From the NCBI RefSeq assembly GCF_963921235.1, contig NC_086097.1, positions 254,698,001 to 254,762,000 of the forward strand: a stretch of DNA of 64,000 bases, read 5' to 3'. Below are positions 1 through 12,754 of this stretch, one piece after another. The translations under genes were made by a program, and so were the position numbers. A model generated the notes under the pieces. The model had not been told where the DNA came from, searched no databases, and saw only the letters and a list, made by a program, of their open reading frames with translations. The DNA is from Mobula hypostoma. Its lineage: Eukaryota. Position 1 is the stretch's first letter. Each line of letters begins with the position of its first letter.

Positions 1-470
1 TGAGGAGATTTGGTATGCCAGCAAAGACACTCACAAATTTCCACAGATTTCCATGGAGAGTATTCCAACTGGTTGCATCATCATCTGGTATGGAGGGGGA
101 CTGCACGGGATCAGAAACAGATGCAGAGAGTTGCGGGCTCAGTGGGCTCTCTCATGGGCTCTAGCCTCAAAACATGGCATCTGTCATTAGGACCCTCACC
201 TGCTGGCCACACTTTCTTCTCATCGCTACTTTCGAGGAGGTTATTCAGGAGACTGAAGACACACACTCAACATCTTGGTAACAGCTTCTTCCCCTTCTCA
301 ATGGACAACATACACTACCTCACCTCCTTTTATTGGCTCTCTTTTTGCACTACTTATTTATTATGCATATTTTTCTTAATGTAATTTATATTTGTGTTAT
401 TATATACTGGAATATACTGCTGCTACAAAACAACAAATTTCACAACATAGGCCAGTGAAATAATATCTGA
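1..470 (+). mobile_element. Old Rex1/Babar-like 3' fragment
   Basis: RRLKTHTQHLGNSFFP-type C-terminus followed by an AT-rich 3' UTR. Confidence 0.6.
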
Positions 471-1650
471 TCCTGCTCTGAGGCACAAACAGGGCAAACA
501 AATGTAAATAACCAGGAGGCAGGGAATTAACCAGTAGGTGATCTAGAAGGGAGTTGGGGGTGGGGCTGGGAATCAGCAGAGACCTGGTTGGGGTCTCGAC
601 CTAACTGGCCAGAAGGGTGGTGACAAGCATCACGTTTAAAGAGGTATCAGGCTGGATGAACGGGGGTAAAGTACCAGACTCTCCACCAAGGGCTCATGAA
701 AAGTGGCATCTACATGAGGAGCTGCTGCACAAATGAATCGGTTTTGGAAGCAATAACCCATAAGGAATGGATCTGGCAATCATCCCCAGATATGAAATTA
801 AATTTACTGGAGTCATTTAAAAAAAGTTGCCTGTAGCTCTTCATGGATGTACATTTCAATCTGCTGAGTATATTCTTTCTATGTCCATTAAGTGATGTCC
901 CATTACCAAAATAGTTCAGTACAACCTCAATACATGGTGAAGATAAATTGGGTGCCTTACATTTGCTGCTGTTACGAGCCTCTAAGATCAAGACTGACAG
1001 CTCTATCCTTTACAACTCACCCATTAGGGACAACCCTTTAAAACAGAGATGAAGAAGAATTTCTGTAGCTGGAGGCTGATGAATCTGAGGAATTCATTGG
1101 CACAGGTGGCTGTGGAGGCCAAGTTATTGGGTATACTTCGAGTAGAGATTAATAAGTTCTTGCTTAGTCAGGATGTTAAAGGTTACAGGAGAAGGCAGGA
1201 GAGGGGTAGAAATCAACCACGATGGAATGACAGAGAAGACTTGATGGGCTTAATGGTCTGGTTCTGTTCCTATGTTTTATGGTCTTAATTTCTTATTTGG
1301 TCATTGACAATATGACCCTGGAGAGTGTTCATAATCCCTTCAATGATCTTGTGACCATCAATCCCTCTTCCATATTCAAAATAATGGAGGCGAGTGATTT
1401 GGACAGCAGGTTATTACCCTAGTTGGCTTCTGATCAGGTGAAGTATTCAGAGAAATCATGCAATTCCTCAAACAGCTCCCTGCTTCTGGTACGTCTGTTG
1501 TCAAGTAGGAAAGGAGTCCAGCATGTCAGTTGGTGAATTCATCTCGACAAATAGAAGGACTTATTGCTCCTAAACTTGTCTGCTGCCCAACTTTGGCAAA
1601 GGCTTACAAACGTTAGAAAGCTACACCTTGCAGATTGTTTAGCTGGTTTC

Positions 1651-1748
1651 GTCCCCATTGACCAGGTGGTAGTTAACTGCCCATAATGCCTTTCCTCTGT
1701 CTCCATTGACCAGGTGGTAGTTAACTGCCCATATGGCCTTTCCTTTGT
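1651..1748. repeat. Two-copy 48-bp tandem duplication
   Basis: ccattgaccaggtggtagttaactgcccata at 1655 and 1703. Confidence 0.9.
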
Positions 1749-2789
1749 GTTTTAAATACAATTGAGTAGCTTGCAGAGGGGGCAAGAGAGAGTGAACATT
1801 ATTGGCAATGGGTAGAATAGGCATCATATAGGGGGACCCTCATGTAAGTATATTCATAAACCAGTTAGGATTAGGTTGCCAACTTGGTCTGAATGCTTTG
1901 CACTAGTTCATCAAAATTTTCCAGACATTTCCGAGCCTTTCATTGCTTCTCTTGTAGAAGAGCCAAGTTACATTTATACTTGATAGCCTATTGGAAGAAA
2001 AAAAAGTTAGAGTTACATTAGACGGTTACCAAATATAAAGATAGATGTCAGTTGTAATAAAGCGGACTCTGATTCTGATTCAGAGACGGTCAGCTTGTGT
2101 TTTGGTGTGTTGATCGGAACAGGGAGGTGCAGATGGAGTGGATGCGAGTTACTGAGGAAGAGGAAGAGGGAGAGGAAGCAGACAGCTCATCAGGGAGGCC
2201 TCGTAGTGAGTCTCACTCCAATAGAACACAGGACATAGACCAGTACAGCACAGCACAGGAACAGGCCCTTCTGACTCACAATGTTGTGCAACACCAATTA
2301 AATTAGGAAGTAAATGGCTAACTAATCTCTACTGCCTACACTCCAGCACTACTTTCCCATATTTGCATTGGGCAGTTCCCTGAATTACAATCATTGTTAC
2401 TGGAAACTTACTTCAGTCTTTGTTTGATGTGACTTCCTTACAAAGGATTAAAATATTGATAAGATCAATATGACAGAAAGAAGCCATTGAAATTTAAAAT
2501 AAATACATTTAGGGAGTTCAGAGAATCAGGTGCTAAGTTAAAGGGCAGGACCTCCAAGGTTGTAACCTCAGGATTGCTAACTGTGCCATGTGCTAGTGGG
2601 GGCAGAACTAAGAAGATTGCACAGTTTAATATGTGGCTAAGGGGTTGGTATAGGAGGGAGGGCATAACATTTTTGGATTACTGGTCTCTCTTCCAGGGAA
2701 GGTGTGACCTACGCAGAAGGGATGGCTTGTACCTGAACTGCGTGGGGACTAATATACTAGTGGGAAGGTTTGGTAATACTGCCTACGCC

Positions 2790-5700
2790 ATAAAACGTAG
2801 GAGCAGAATTAGGCCTTCAGCCCATCGAGGCTGCTCCACCATTCCATCATGGCTGATCCCGGATTCCACTCAACCCCATACACCTGCCTTCTCAACGTAT
2901 TGTTTGACGTCCCAACCAATCAGGAAACTATCAACTTCTGCCTTAAGTATACCCATGGACTTGGCCTGCGCCGCAGTCTGTGGCAGAGCATTCCACAGAT
3001 TCACTACTCTCCAGCTAAAGAAATTTCTCCTTACTTCTGTTCTAAAGGGTTGCCCCTCAATTCTGAGGCTGTGCTCTCTAGTTCTTGATACCCCCACCAC
3101 AGGAAACATCCTCTCCCCATCCACCTTATCTAGTCCTTTCAACATTCGGTAGATTTCAATGAGACCCCCCCACACCTGCGTTCTTCTAAATTTCTAAATT
3201 CCAGTGGGTACAGGCCCAAAGCTGCCAAATGCTCCTCACATTAAAGCCGTCTCTATTTTCTGAGGAGACTGAGGTCCTTTAACATCTGCCGCACGATGCT
3301 GAGGATGTTCTACGAGTCTGTGCTGGCCAGTGCTATCATGTTTGCTCTTGTGTGCTGGGGCAGCAGGCTGAGGGTAGCAGACACCAACAGAATCAACGAA
3401 CTCATTCATAAGGCCAGTGACGTTGTGGGGATGGAACTGGACTCTCTGACGATGGTGTCTGAAAAGAGGATGCTGTCCAAGTTGCATGCCATCTTGAACA
3501 ATGTCTCCCATCCACTACATAATGTACTGGGTGGGCACAGGAGTACATTCAGCCAGAGACTCATTCCACCAAGATGCAGCACAGAGCGTCATAGGAAGTC
3601 ATTCCTGCCTGTGGCCATCAAACTTTACAACTCCTCCCTTGGAGGGTCAGACACCCTGAGCTAATAGGCTGGTCCTGGACTTATTTCATAATTTACTGGC
3701 ATAATTTACATATTACTATTTAACTATTTATGGTTCTATTACTATTTATTATTTATGGTGCAACTGTAATGAAAACCAATTTCCCCTGGGATCAATAAAG
3801 TATGACTATGACTATGACTAAACTGGATTCATCATCGTGAACCTCCTCTGGACTTTTTCCAATGACAACACATTTTTTCTGAGATATGGGGCCCAAAACT
3901 GTTGACAAAACTCTAAGTGCGGCCTGACTAGTGTCTTATAAAGGATCAGCAATATCTACTTGCTGTTATCTTCTATTCCCCTTGAAATAACTGCCAGCAT
4001 TGCATTTGCTTTCTTTACCACTGACTCAACCTTCTGGGAGTCTTACACAAGGACTCCTAAGTCCATTTGTACCTCTGATGTTTGAACCTTCTCCCCATTT
4101 AGATACTAGTCCACACTATTGTTCATTTTATCGGAATGCATCATTATACACCGGTATTCCATCTGCCACCATATTGCCCATTTTTCCGGTCTGTCCAAGT
4201 CCTGCTGCAATCACATTGCTTCCTCAGCACTACCTACCCCTCCACCTATCTTTGTATCAGCTGCAAACTTTGCCACAAAGCCACCAATTCCATTGTCCAA
4301 ATCATTGACAAACAATGTGAAAAGCAGTGGTTCTAATACTGACCCCTGAGGAACACCACTAGTCACAGGCGGCCAACCAGAAAAGGCCCCTTTTATTCCC
4401 ACTCGCTGCCTCCTGCCTGTCAGCCATTCTGCCAGTATCTTTCCTGTAATGACATAGGATTTTATCTTGTTAAGCAGCCTCATGTGTGGCACCTTATCAA
4501 ACAGCTTCTGAAATTCCAAGTAAATGACATCTACTGCCTCTCCTTTGTCCACCCTGCTTGACACTTCTTCGAAGAACTCTAACTGATTTGTCAGGCAAGA
4601 TTTCCCTTGACAGAAACCATGCTGACTTTGACTTATTTTATCATTAGTCTCCAAGTACCCTGGAACCTCATCCTTAATAATAGACTCCAACAATTTCCCA
4701 ACCACTGAGGTGAGGCTAACTGGCCTATAATTTCCTTTCTTTTGCCTTCCTCCCATCTTAAAGAGTGGAATGACATCTGCAATCTTCCAGTCCTCTGGGA
4801 CCATGCCAGAATCAAGTGATTTTTGAAAGATCATGACCAATGCATCTGTTGTCTCTTCAGCAACCTCTCTCAGGACTCTGGGATGTAGTCCATCTGGTCC
4901 AAGTGACTTATCCACCTTAAGACTTTTGAGTTTGCCTAGCACTTTTTCCTTTGTAATAACAAAGGCACTCACTCCTGTTCCCTGATAGTCATGGGCCTTT
5001 GGTGCACACCTAGTGTCTTCCACAGTGAAGACAGATGCAAAGTACCCATTACGTTCATCTGCCATTTCTTCGTCCCTCATTACTACCTCACCAGTATCAT
5101 TTTCTTGTAGTCCGATATCAACTTTCACCTCCTTGTTACTCTTTATATAACTGAAAAAAATTTTGGTATCCTGCTTAATATCACTGGCGAGTCTGCCCTC
5201 ATATTTAATCTTTTCCCTTCTTAATAATTTTTAGTTGCCTTTTGTTGGATTTTAAAGCTTTCCAATCATCCAACTTCTGACTAACTTTTGCTACCTTCTA
5301 TGCCCTTTCCTAGCCGTGTATGCAGTCCTTAACTTTCCTTGTCAGCCAGTTGCCTACCCTGAGAATTTCTTCCTCTGTTAGACATATTGATCCTGCGCCT
5401 TGTGAACTATTGCCAGAAATTTCAGCCATCACTGATCTGCCATCATCTACCCCACCCCTGCCAGTATCCCTCTCCAATCCACCTGGTCAAGCTCCACTCT
5501 CATGTCTCTGTAATTCCTTTTATTCCATTGCAATACTGATACATGTGAATTATATTTCTCCCTCTCAAAATACATTATGAATTCAATCATATTATGATCA
5601 CTGCCTTCTAAGGGTTTCTTTACACTAAGCTCCCCAATAAGATCTGGGTTATTTCACAACACCCAGTCGAAGTCGGCCTTTCACTGAGTAGGCACAAACA

Positions 5701-6800
5701 CAAGCTGCTCCAAAAAGCCACCTCATATGCATTCAACAAATCCCTCTCTTGCGATCCGACACCAACCTGATTTTCCCAATCCTCTTGCATATTAAAATAC
5801 CCCATTAAATTGTGTCTTTGCTCTTATTACATGCTTTTTCCAGCTCCCTTTTCAATCTCAACCACACGTCTTGGCTACTATTTGGAGGCCAATATATGAT
5901 TCCCGTAATGGTTGATTTCCCCTTGCAATTTCTTAACACCATCCACAAAGATTCAACATTCTCTGACCCTATTTCACCTCTGTCTAAGGATATAATTACA
6001 TCTCTTGCCAACAGAATCACACCACCATCTATGCTTTCCTGCCTGTCCATTCGATACAAAGAATATCCTTTGGTGTTAAGCTCCCAACTATGACCTTCTC
6101 TCCGCCACGACTCAGTGATGCCCACAACGTCATACTGACCAATTTCTAACTGCGCCAGGAGGTTATCCACCTTATTTCGAATGTTATGTTCATTTAAATA
6201 CAGCACCTTCAGTCCTGCAATTTTGGCCTTTTTAAATTTTGCCTGGTACAATTTAACTCTTTGCTTTGTCTGCATTTGTATTCAATCATTGGCTTGCCCT
6301 TCCTTACATTCCTGTTCCATCCATCATCTACTTGTAAACCTGCTGGCTCATCCTCAGCTCTATCATACTGGTTCCCATCCCTCTGCAATATTAGTTTAAA
6401 CCACTCCCAACAGCTCTAGTAAACCTGCCCGCAAGAATATTGGTCCTCCTCAGAATCAAGTGCAACCTGTCCCTTTTGTACAGGCCACACCTGCCTCAGA
6501 AGAGGTCCCAATTATCCAGAAATCTGAATCCCTGCCCCCTGCTCCAATTCTCCAGCCACACATTCATCTCCCACATCACTCTATTCCTATGCTCACTGTC
6601 ACGTGGCACAGGCAGTAATCCTGAGATGACTACCTTTGTTGTCCTGCTGTTCAGCTTCCTTCCAATTCTCTGTATTGTTTATTCAGAACCTCCTCCCTTG
6701 TTGTACCGATGTCGTTGGTACCAACATGTACCACAACTTCTGGCTGCTCACTCTCCCATTTCAGGATATTGTGCACACATCCTGAAACATCGTGGACCAT
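2790..6800 (-). mobile_element. Near full-length decayed CR1 LINE
   Basis: EN (VLYLN..IRNK, GITESW), RT (KSLGPDG, YRPVSLTS, GVPQGSVL, FAADTK) and CR1 3' end; interrupted by Rex1. Confidence 0.9.
3243..3820 (+). mobile_element. Rex1/Babar LINE 3' fragment, same family as 9236-10627
   Basis: Near-identical C-terminal peptide; (TATGAC)n tail. Confidence 0.9.
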
Positions 6801-8891
6801 AAGACCACAAGACAAAGGAGCAGAAGCTGGCCATTCGGCCCATCAAGTCTGCTCCACCATTTTATCATGAGCTGATCCATTCTCCCATTTAGTCCCACTC
6901 CCCCGCCTTCTCACTATAACCTTTGATGCCCTGGCTAATCAGGTACCTATCAATCTCTGCCTTAAATACACCCAATGACTTGGCCTCCACTGCTGCCCGT
7001 GGCAACAAATTCTATAGATTCACCACTCTCTGACTAAAAAAAAATCTACAAGTTACAATGGGAGATCCAAAAAAAAATGTACCAAAAGGGTAATGTTACA
7101 AGAGTCATGGGGGATTTCAATGTGCAGGGAGATGGGGAAATCAGGTTGGTGCTGGATTCCAGGAGGGGGAGTTTCTAGAGTGCCAACCAGATGACTTTTA
7201 GGAGCAGCTTGTGGTTGAGCCTACTCAGGAATCTGCTGTTCCAGGTTAGGTGTGGTGCAGTGAACCAGAATTGATTAGAGAGCTGAAGGTAAAAGATTAT
7301 AGGAAAGATGTCAACAAAATGGAAAGAGTTATGAGAAGATTTACTAGAATGTTACCTGGGTTTCATCACCTAAGTTACAGAGAAAGGTTGAACAAGTTGG
7401 GTCTTTATTCTTTGGAGCATAGAAGGTTGAGGGGGGACTTGATAGAGGTATTTAAAATTATGAGGGAGTAGATAGAGTTGACGTGGATAGGCTTTTTCCA
7501 TTGAGAGCAGGGGAGATTCAAACAAGAGGACATGAGTTGAGAGTTAGGGGGCAAAAGTTTAGGGGTAACACGAGGGGAAACTTCTTTACTCAGAGAGTGG
7601 TAGCTGTGTGGAATGAGCTTCCAGCAGAAGTGGTTGAGGCAGGTTCGATATTGTCATTCAAAGTTAAATTGGATAGATATTTGGGCAGGAAAGGAATGGA
7701 GGGTTATGGACTGAGTGCAGGTCGGTGGGACTGGTTGAGAGTAAGCGTTCGGCACGGACTAGAAGGGCCGAGATGGCCTGTTTCCATGCTGTAATTGTTA
7801 CATGGTTATATATATTATATGGTTATATAACCCTGGGGGGCAAATGATCATAATATGATCGAATTCACTCTAAAATTTGAGAAGGAGAAGCTGAAATTCA
7901 GATGTATCAATACTGTATTACAGTGGCATGAAAGAGGAATTTGCTAGAATTGATAGGAAAAAACATTGGCAGGGACGATAGCAGAGGAGCAATAGCTGGA
8001 ATTTCTGGAAGCAATCTGGAAGACACAGGATACATATATCCCAAAGAGGAAGATGTATTCTGAAGAAAAGATGACTCAACTGTGGCTGATGAGAAAAAAC
8101 AAAATGAGGCCCATTATAGAGCAAAAATTAGTGGAAAGTTAGAGGATTTGGAAGCTTTTAAAAACAAATGGAAGGCAATCAAAAATGTCATTAAGGGAAA
8201 GATGGAATATAAAAGTAAGCAAGCCAATAATATTAAAGAGGATAACAAAAGTTTCTTCAGATGCGTAAAGTGTAAAAGAGAGGCAAAGTGGCTATCAGAC
8301 CACTGGAAAATAATGTCAGTGAGGTAGTCCTGGGGGACAAGGAAATGGTGGACCAACTGAATCAGTATTTGGCATCAGTCTTCACTGCACCAAATGGTGT
8401 ACATCCCAGGGTTCTGAAAGAGGTGGCTGGAGAGATTGTGGAGGCATTAGTAATATTCTTTCAAGAATCACTAGATTCTGGAATTGTTCTGGAGTTCTGG
8501 AAAACTGTAAATGTCACTCCACTGAAAGCGGACAGGCAGAAGAAAGGAAACTATAGGCCAGTTAGTCTCACCTCAGAGGTTGGGAAGGTGTTAGATTACA
8601 AGGATGAGTTCTCAGGGTACTTGGAGGTACATGATACAATAGGCCATAGTCAGCACAGTTTCCTCAAGGAAAATCTTGCCTGACAAATTTGTTCGAATTC
8701 GTTGAAGAAATAACAGGCAGGATAGACAGAGGAGAATTGGTTGATGTTGTATACTTGGATTTTCAGAAGGCCTTTGACAAGGTGCCACACATGAGGCTGC
8801 TTAACAAGCTATGAGCCCATGGTATTACAGGAAAGATTCTACATGGATAAATCCGTGGCTGATTGGCAGCAGACAAACAGTGGGAATAAAG

Positions 8892-9098
8892 TAAACACGA
8901 GGAATTCTGCAGATGCTGGAAATTCAAGCAACACACATCAAAGTTGCTGGTGAACGCAGCAGGCCAGGCAGCATCTCTAGGAAGAGGTATAGTCGGCGTT
9001 TCAGGCCGAGACCCTTCGTCAGGACTAACTGAAGGAAGAGCTAGTAAGAGATCTCTCAACTGTGCTGCCTGGCCTGCTGCGTTCACCAGCAACTTTGA
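8892..9098 (-). mobile_element. Penelope-like element A, short fold-back copy
   Basis: 13-bp TSD agtgggaataaag (8879, 9099); 36-bp inverted arms; hammerhead motif with GUC changed to GCC. Confidence 0.88.
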
Positions 9099-9235
9099 AG
9101 TGGGAATAAAGGGAGCCTTTTCTGGTTGGCTGTTAGTGACTAGTGGTGTTCCACAGGGCTCTGTGTTGGGACTGATTCTTTTTACCTTTCATCATAATGA
9201 TTTGGATGATGGAATTGATGGCTTTGTTGCAAAGT

Positions 9236-10627
9236 CATACTTTATTGATCCCGGGGGAAATTGGTTTTCGTTACAGTTGCACCATAAATAATAAATAGTA
9301 ATAGAACCATAAATAGTTAAATAGTAATATGTAAATTATGCCAGTAAATTATGAAATAAGTCCAGGACCAGCCTATCGGCACAGGGTGTCTGACCCTCCA
9401 AGGCAGGAGTTGTAAAGTTTGATGGCCACAGGCAGGACTGATTTCCTATGATGCTCTGTGTTGCATCTCGGTGGAATGAGTCTCTGGCTGAATGTACTCC
9501 TGTGCCCAACCAGTACATTATGTAGTGGATGGGAGACATTGTCCAAGATGGCATGCAACTTAGACAGCATCCTCTTTTCAAACACCACCGTGAGAGAGTC
9601 CAGTTCCATCCCCACAACATCACTGGCCTTACGAATGAGTTTGTTGATTCTTTTGGTGTCTGCTACCCTCAGCCTGTTGCCCCAGCACACAACAGCAAAC
9701 ATGATAGCACTGGCCACCACAGACTCGTAGAACATCCTCAGCACCGTCCGACAGATGTTAAAGGACCTCAGTCTCCTCAGGAAATAGAGACGGCGCTGAC
9801 TCTTCTTGTAGACAGCCTCAGTGTTCTTAGACCAGTCCAGTTTATTGTCAATTCGTATCCCCAGGTATTTGTAATCCTCCACCATGCCCACACTGACCCC
9901 TTGGATGGAAACAGGGGTCACCGGTACCTTAGCTCCCCTCAGGCCTACCACCAGCTCCTTAGTCTTTTTCACATTAAGCTGAAGATAATTCTGCTCACAC
10001 CGTGTGACAATGTTTCCTACCGTAGCCCTGTACTCAACCTCATCTCCCTTGCTGAGGCATCCAACTATGGCAGAGTCATCTGAAAACTTCTGAAGATGAC
10101 AAGACTCTGTGCAGTAGTTGAAGTCCGAGGTGTAAACGGTTAAGAGAAAGGGAGACAAGACAGTTCCCTGTGGAGCCCCAGTGCTGCTGATCACTCTGTC
10201 GGACACACAGTGTTGCAAGCACACGTACTGTGGTCTGCCAGTCAGGTAATCAAGAATCCATGACACCAGGGAAGCATCCACCTGCGTCGCTGTCAGCTTC
10301 TCCCCCAGCAGAGCAGGGCGGATGGTGTTGAACGCATTGGAGAAGTCAAAAAACATGACCCTCACAGTGCTCGCTGGCTTGAGACGATGGCATCCTCAAC
10401 TCCTAGTCAGAGCTGGTAGGCGAACTGGAGAGGATCTAAATGTGACCTGACCATAGGCCGGAGCAGCTCCAGAACAAGTCTGTCCAGGGTCTTCATGATG
10501 TGGGAGGTCAATGCCACCGGTCTGTAGTGATTGAGGCCGCTGGGGCGTGGCGTCTTCGGCACAGGGACGAGGCAGGACATCTTCCACAGTACAGGAACCC
10601 TCTGGAGCCTCAGGCTCAAGTTGAATA
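9236..10627 (-). mobile_element. Rex1/Babar-clade LINE, 3' half
   Basis: YRPVALTS, LDPLQFAYQ, FFDFSNAFNTI, GAPQGTVLSP, FSDD, YKYLG (330-aa ORF 9373-10365); TSD caaagt. Confidence 0.9.
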
Positions 10628-10732
10628 CAAAGTTTGCAGATGATACAAAGATGAGTGGAGGGGCAAACAACAGGAATTCTGCAGATGCTGGAAATTCAAG
10701 CAACACACATCAAAGTTGCTGGTGAACGCAGC

Positions 10733-11056
10733 AGGCAACACTTCACCTGTGAGTCGGCTGGGGTGATATACTGTGTCCGGTGCTCCCAATGTGGCCTTTT
10801 ATATATTGGCGAGACCCGACGCAGACTGGGAGACCGCTTTGCTGAACATCTACGCTCTGTCCGCCAGAGAAAGCAGGATCTACCAGTGGCCACACATTTT
10901 AATTCCACATCCCATTCCCATTCTGACATGTCTATCCACGGCCTCCTCTACTGTAAAGATGAAGCCACACTCAGGTTGGAGGAACAACACCTTATATTCC
11001 GTCTGGGTAGCCTCCAACCTGATGGCATGAACACTGACTTCTCTAACTTCCGCTAA
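10733..11056 (+). pseudogene. GIY-YIG (Uri) endonuclease domain fragment of a Penelope-like element
   Basis: VIY...YIG, R..EH, E and GMN motifs; RT portion absent. Confidence 0.9.
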
Positions 11057-11346
11057 TGCCCCACCTCCCCCTCGTACCCCATCTGTTACTCATTTTTATG
11101 CACACATTCTTTCTCTCACTCTCCTTTTTCTCCCTCTGTCCCTCTGAATATACCTCTTGCCCATCCTCTGGGTCCCCCCCCCTTTGTCTTTCTTCCCGGG
11201 CCTCCTGTCCCATGATCCTCTCATATCCCCTTTTGCCAATCACCTGTCCAGCTCTCGGCTCTATCCCTCCCCCTCCTGTCTTCTATCATTTTGGATCTCC
11301 CCCTCCCCCTCCAACTTTCAAATCCCTTACTCACTCTTCCTTCAGT

Positions 11347-11384
11347 TAGTCCTGACGAAGGGTCTCGGCCTGAAACGTCGACTG
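11347..11384 (+). ncRNA. Minimal type I hammerhead ribozyme motif (PLE-associated)
   Basis: Stem I AGTC/GACT; core CTGACGA (11352-11358); stem II AGG/CCT; GAAAC followed by GTC, with palindromic ACGT as stem III; predicted cleavage after 11379. Confidence 0.85.
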
Positions 11385-12754
11385 CACCTCTTCCTATAGA
11401 TGCTGCTTGGCCTGCTGCGTTCACCAGCAACTTTGATGTGTGTTGAGTGGAGGGCAGGTAGTTTTGAGGAAGTAGAGAGGACTTAGATTTGGAGATTGGA
11501 CAAAAAGTGGCAGATGTAATACAGTGTCAGAAAGTGTCATGTACTTTGGCAGAGGAAATGAAAGGGTTGACTATTCTCTAAATGGAGAACAAATATAAAA
11601 AATGAGGCATGTTTGGATTTGGGAGAGCTTGTGCAGGATTCCCTAAAGGTTAATTTGTAGGTTGAGTCTGTGGTAAGGAAGGCAAATGAAATGTTAGCAT
11701 TCATTTTAAGGGGACTAGAATATAAAAGCAAGGATATAATTTTGAGACTTGATAAAGCTGAGGCCTCACCTGGAGTATTGTGAGCAGTTTTGGGCCCCTT
11801 ATGGATGTGCTGAAATTGAAGAGGGTTTAAAGGAGGTTCACGAAAATGATTCCAGGTTTGAAAGTCTTGTCATATCAAATGATGGCTCTAGGCCTGTATT
11901 CACTGGAATTCAGAAGAATGAGGGGTGACCTCATTGATACCTATCAAATGGTGAAAGGCCTTGATAGAGTGGATGTGGAGAGGATGCTTCCCATGGTGGG
12001 AGAGTCTAAGACCAGAGGACACAGTCTCAGAATAGAGGGGTGAGCTTTTAGAAAGTAAATGAGGAGGAATTTCTTTAGCCAGAGGGTGGTGAATCTGCGG
12101 AATTTTTTTGCTACAGGCAGATGTGGAGGCCAAGTCTTCATTTATATTGAAGGCAAAGGTTGATAGATTCTTGATTGGTCAGGGCATGAACAGTTACAGG
12201 GAGAAGGTGGGAGACTGGGGCTGAGAGGAAAAATTGGATCAGTCATAATGAAATGGCGGAGCAGACTCGATGGGCCACATGGCCTCATTGTGCTCCTATA
12301 TCCTATGGTCTTCTGGCCTTAGCTTAGCCTGATGTTTTGACAGTTAAGAAGGCCTGATATGAGACCCTTCACGTCAATGTTTCTGAACTGGGTAAGGCCC
12401 GAAGGCTGATGAGCAAGGCAGGCTCAAGGCTGGTGAAACAAAGGATCATCTGTTCAAGTGGATTCACATGACCACGTTTATTCTTGTTGCTTAACAAGAA
12501 TTAATTTTGGCACTGGCATTTCTTGGCCTTTGTGTGGCACAACACCATATTTCACTGAGCAGAAGTCCTGCACATTCCTTCAGAGTTAGATCAAATGGCA
12601 CTGAGTTCCCATGTTAATCAGAAATTAGCCTGATGCCAGAAATCGCAGGAAAGCAGTGACTGAATAGAGCTATGTTGTGATTCTGCCTTCTCTAGTTCAA
12701 CTCTCTTTCGTCTAGCACAGGAGTTTATTCTCAGCTTTTGGAATCTCGAGATCT

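Larger units (their letters stand above)
10666..11443. mobile_element. Penelope-like element B with inverted termini, GIY-YIG C-terminus and 3' UTR on +
   Basis: TSD tgagtggaggg(g)ca; ORF segment VIYCVRCSQCGLLYIGETRRRLGDRFAEH...LEEQHLIFRLGSLQPDGMN; CT-rich UTR; hammerhead motif. Confidence 0.92.
7050..12320 (+). mobile_element. Decayed CR1 hosting another CR1 3' end (about 7295-7830), PLE A, Rex1 and PLE B
   Basis: Collinear CR1 ORF2 pieces resume across each insertion. Confidence 0.85.

Noticed and set aside
710..991. 93-aa minus ORF in unique sequence
   Set aside because: No recognisable domain; does not resemble the LRR protein DNAAF11 expected downstream by human synteny.
1651..1748. 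48-bp repeat as CRISPR-like or coding repeat
   Set aside because: Only two units with no distinct spacers, in a eukaryotic context; simple duplication.
2097..2306. Acidic plus-strand ORF with possible AG (2122) and GTGAGT (2206) sites
   Set aside because: No recognisable homology or partner exons; the Glu run reflects a purine-rich tract.
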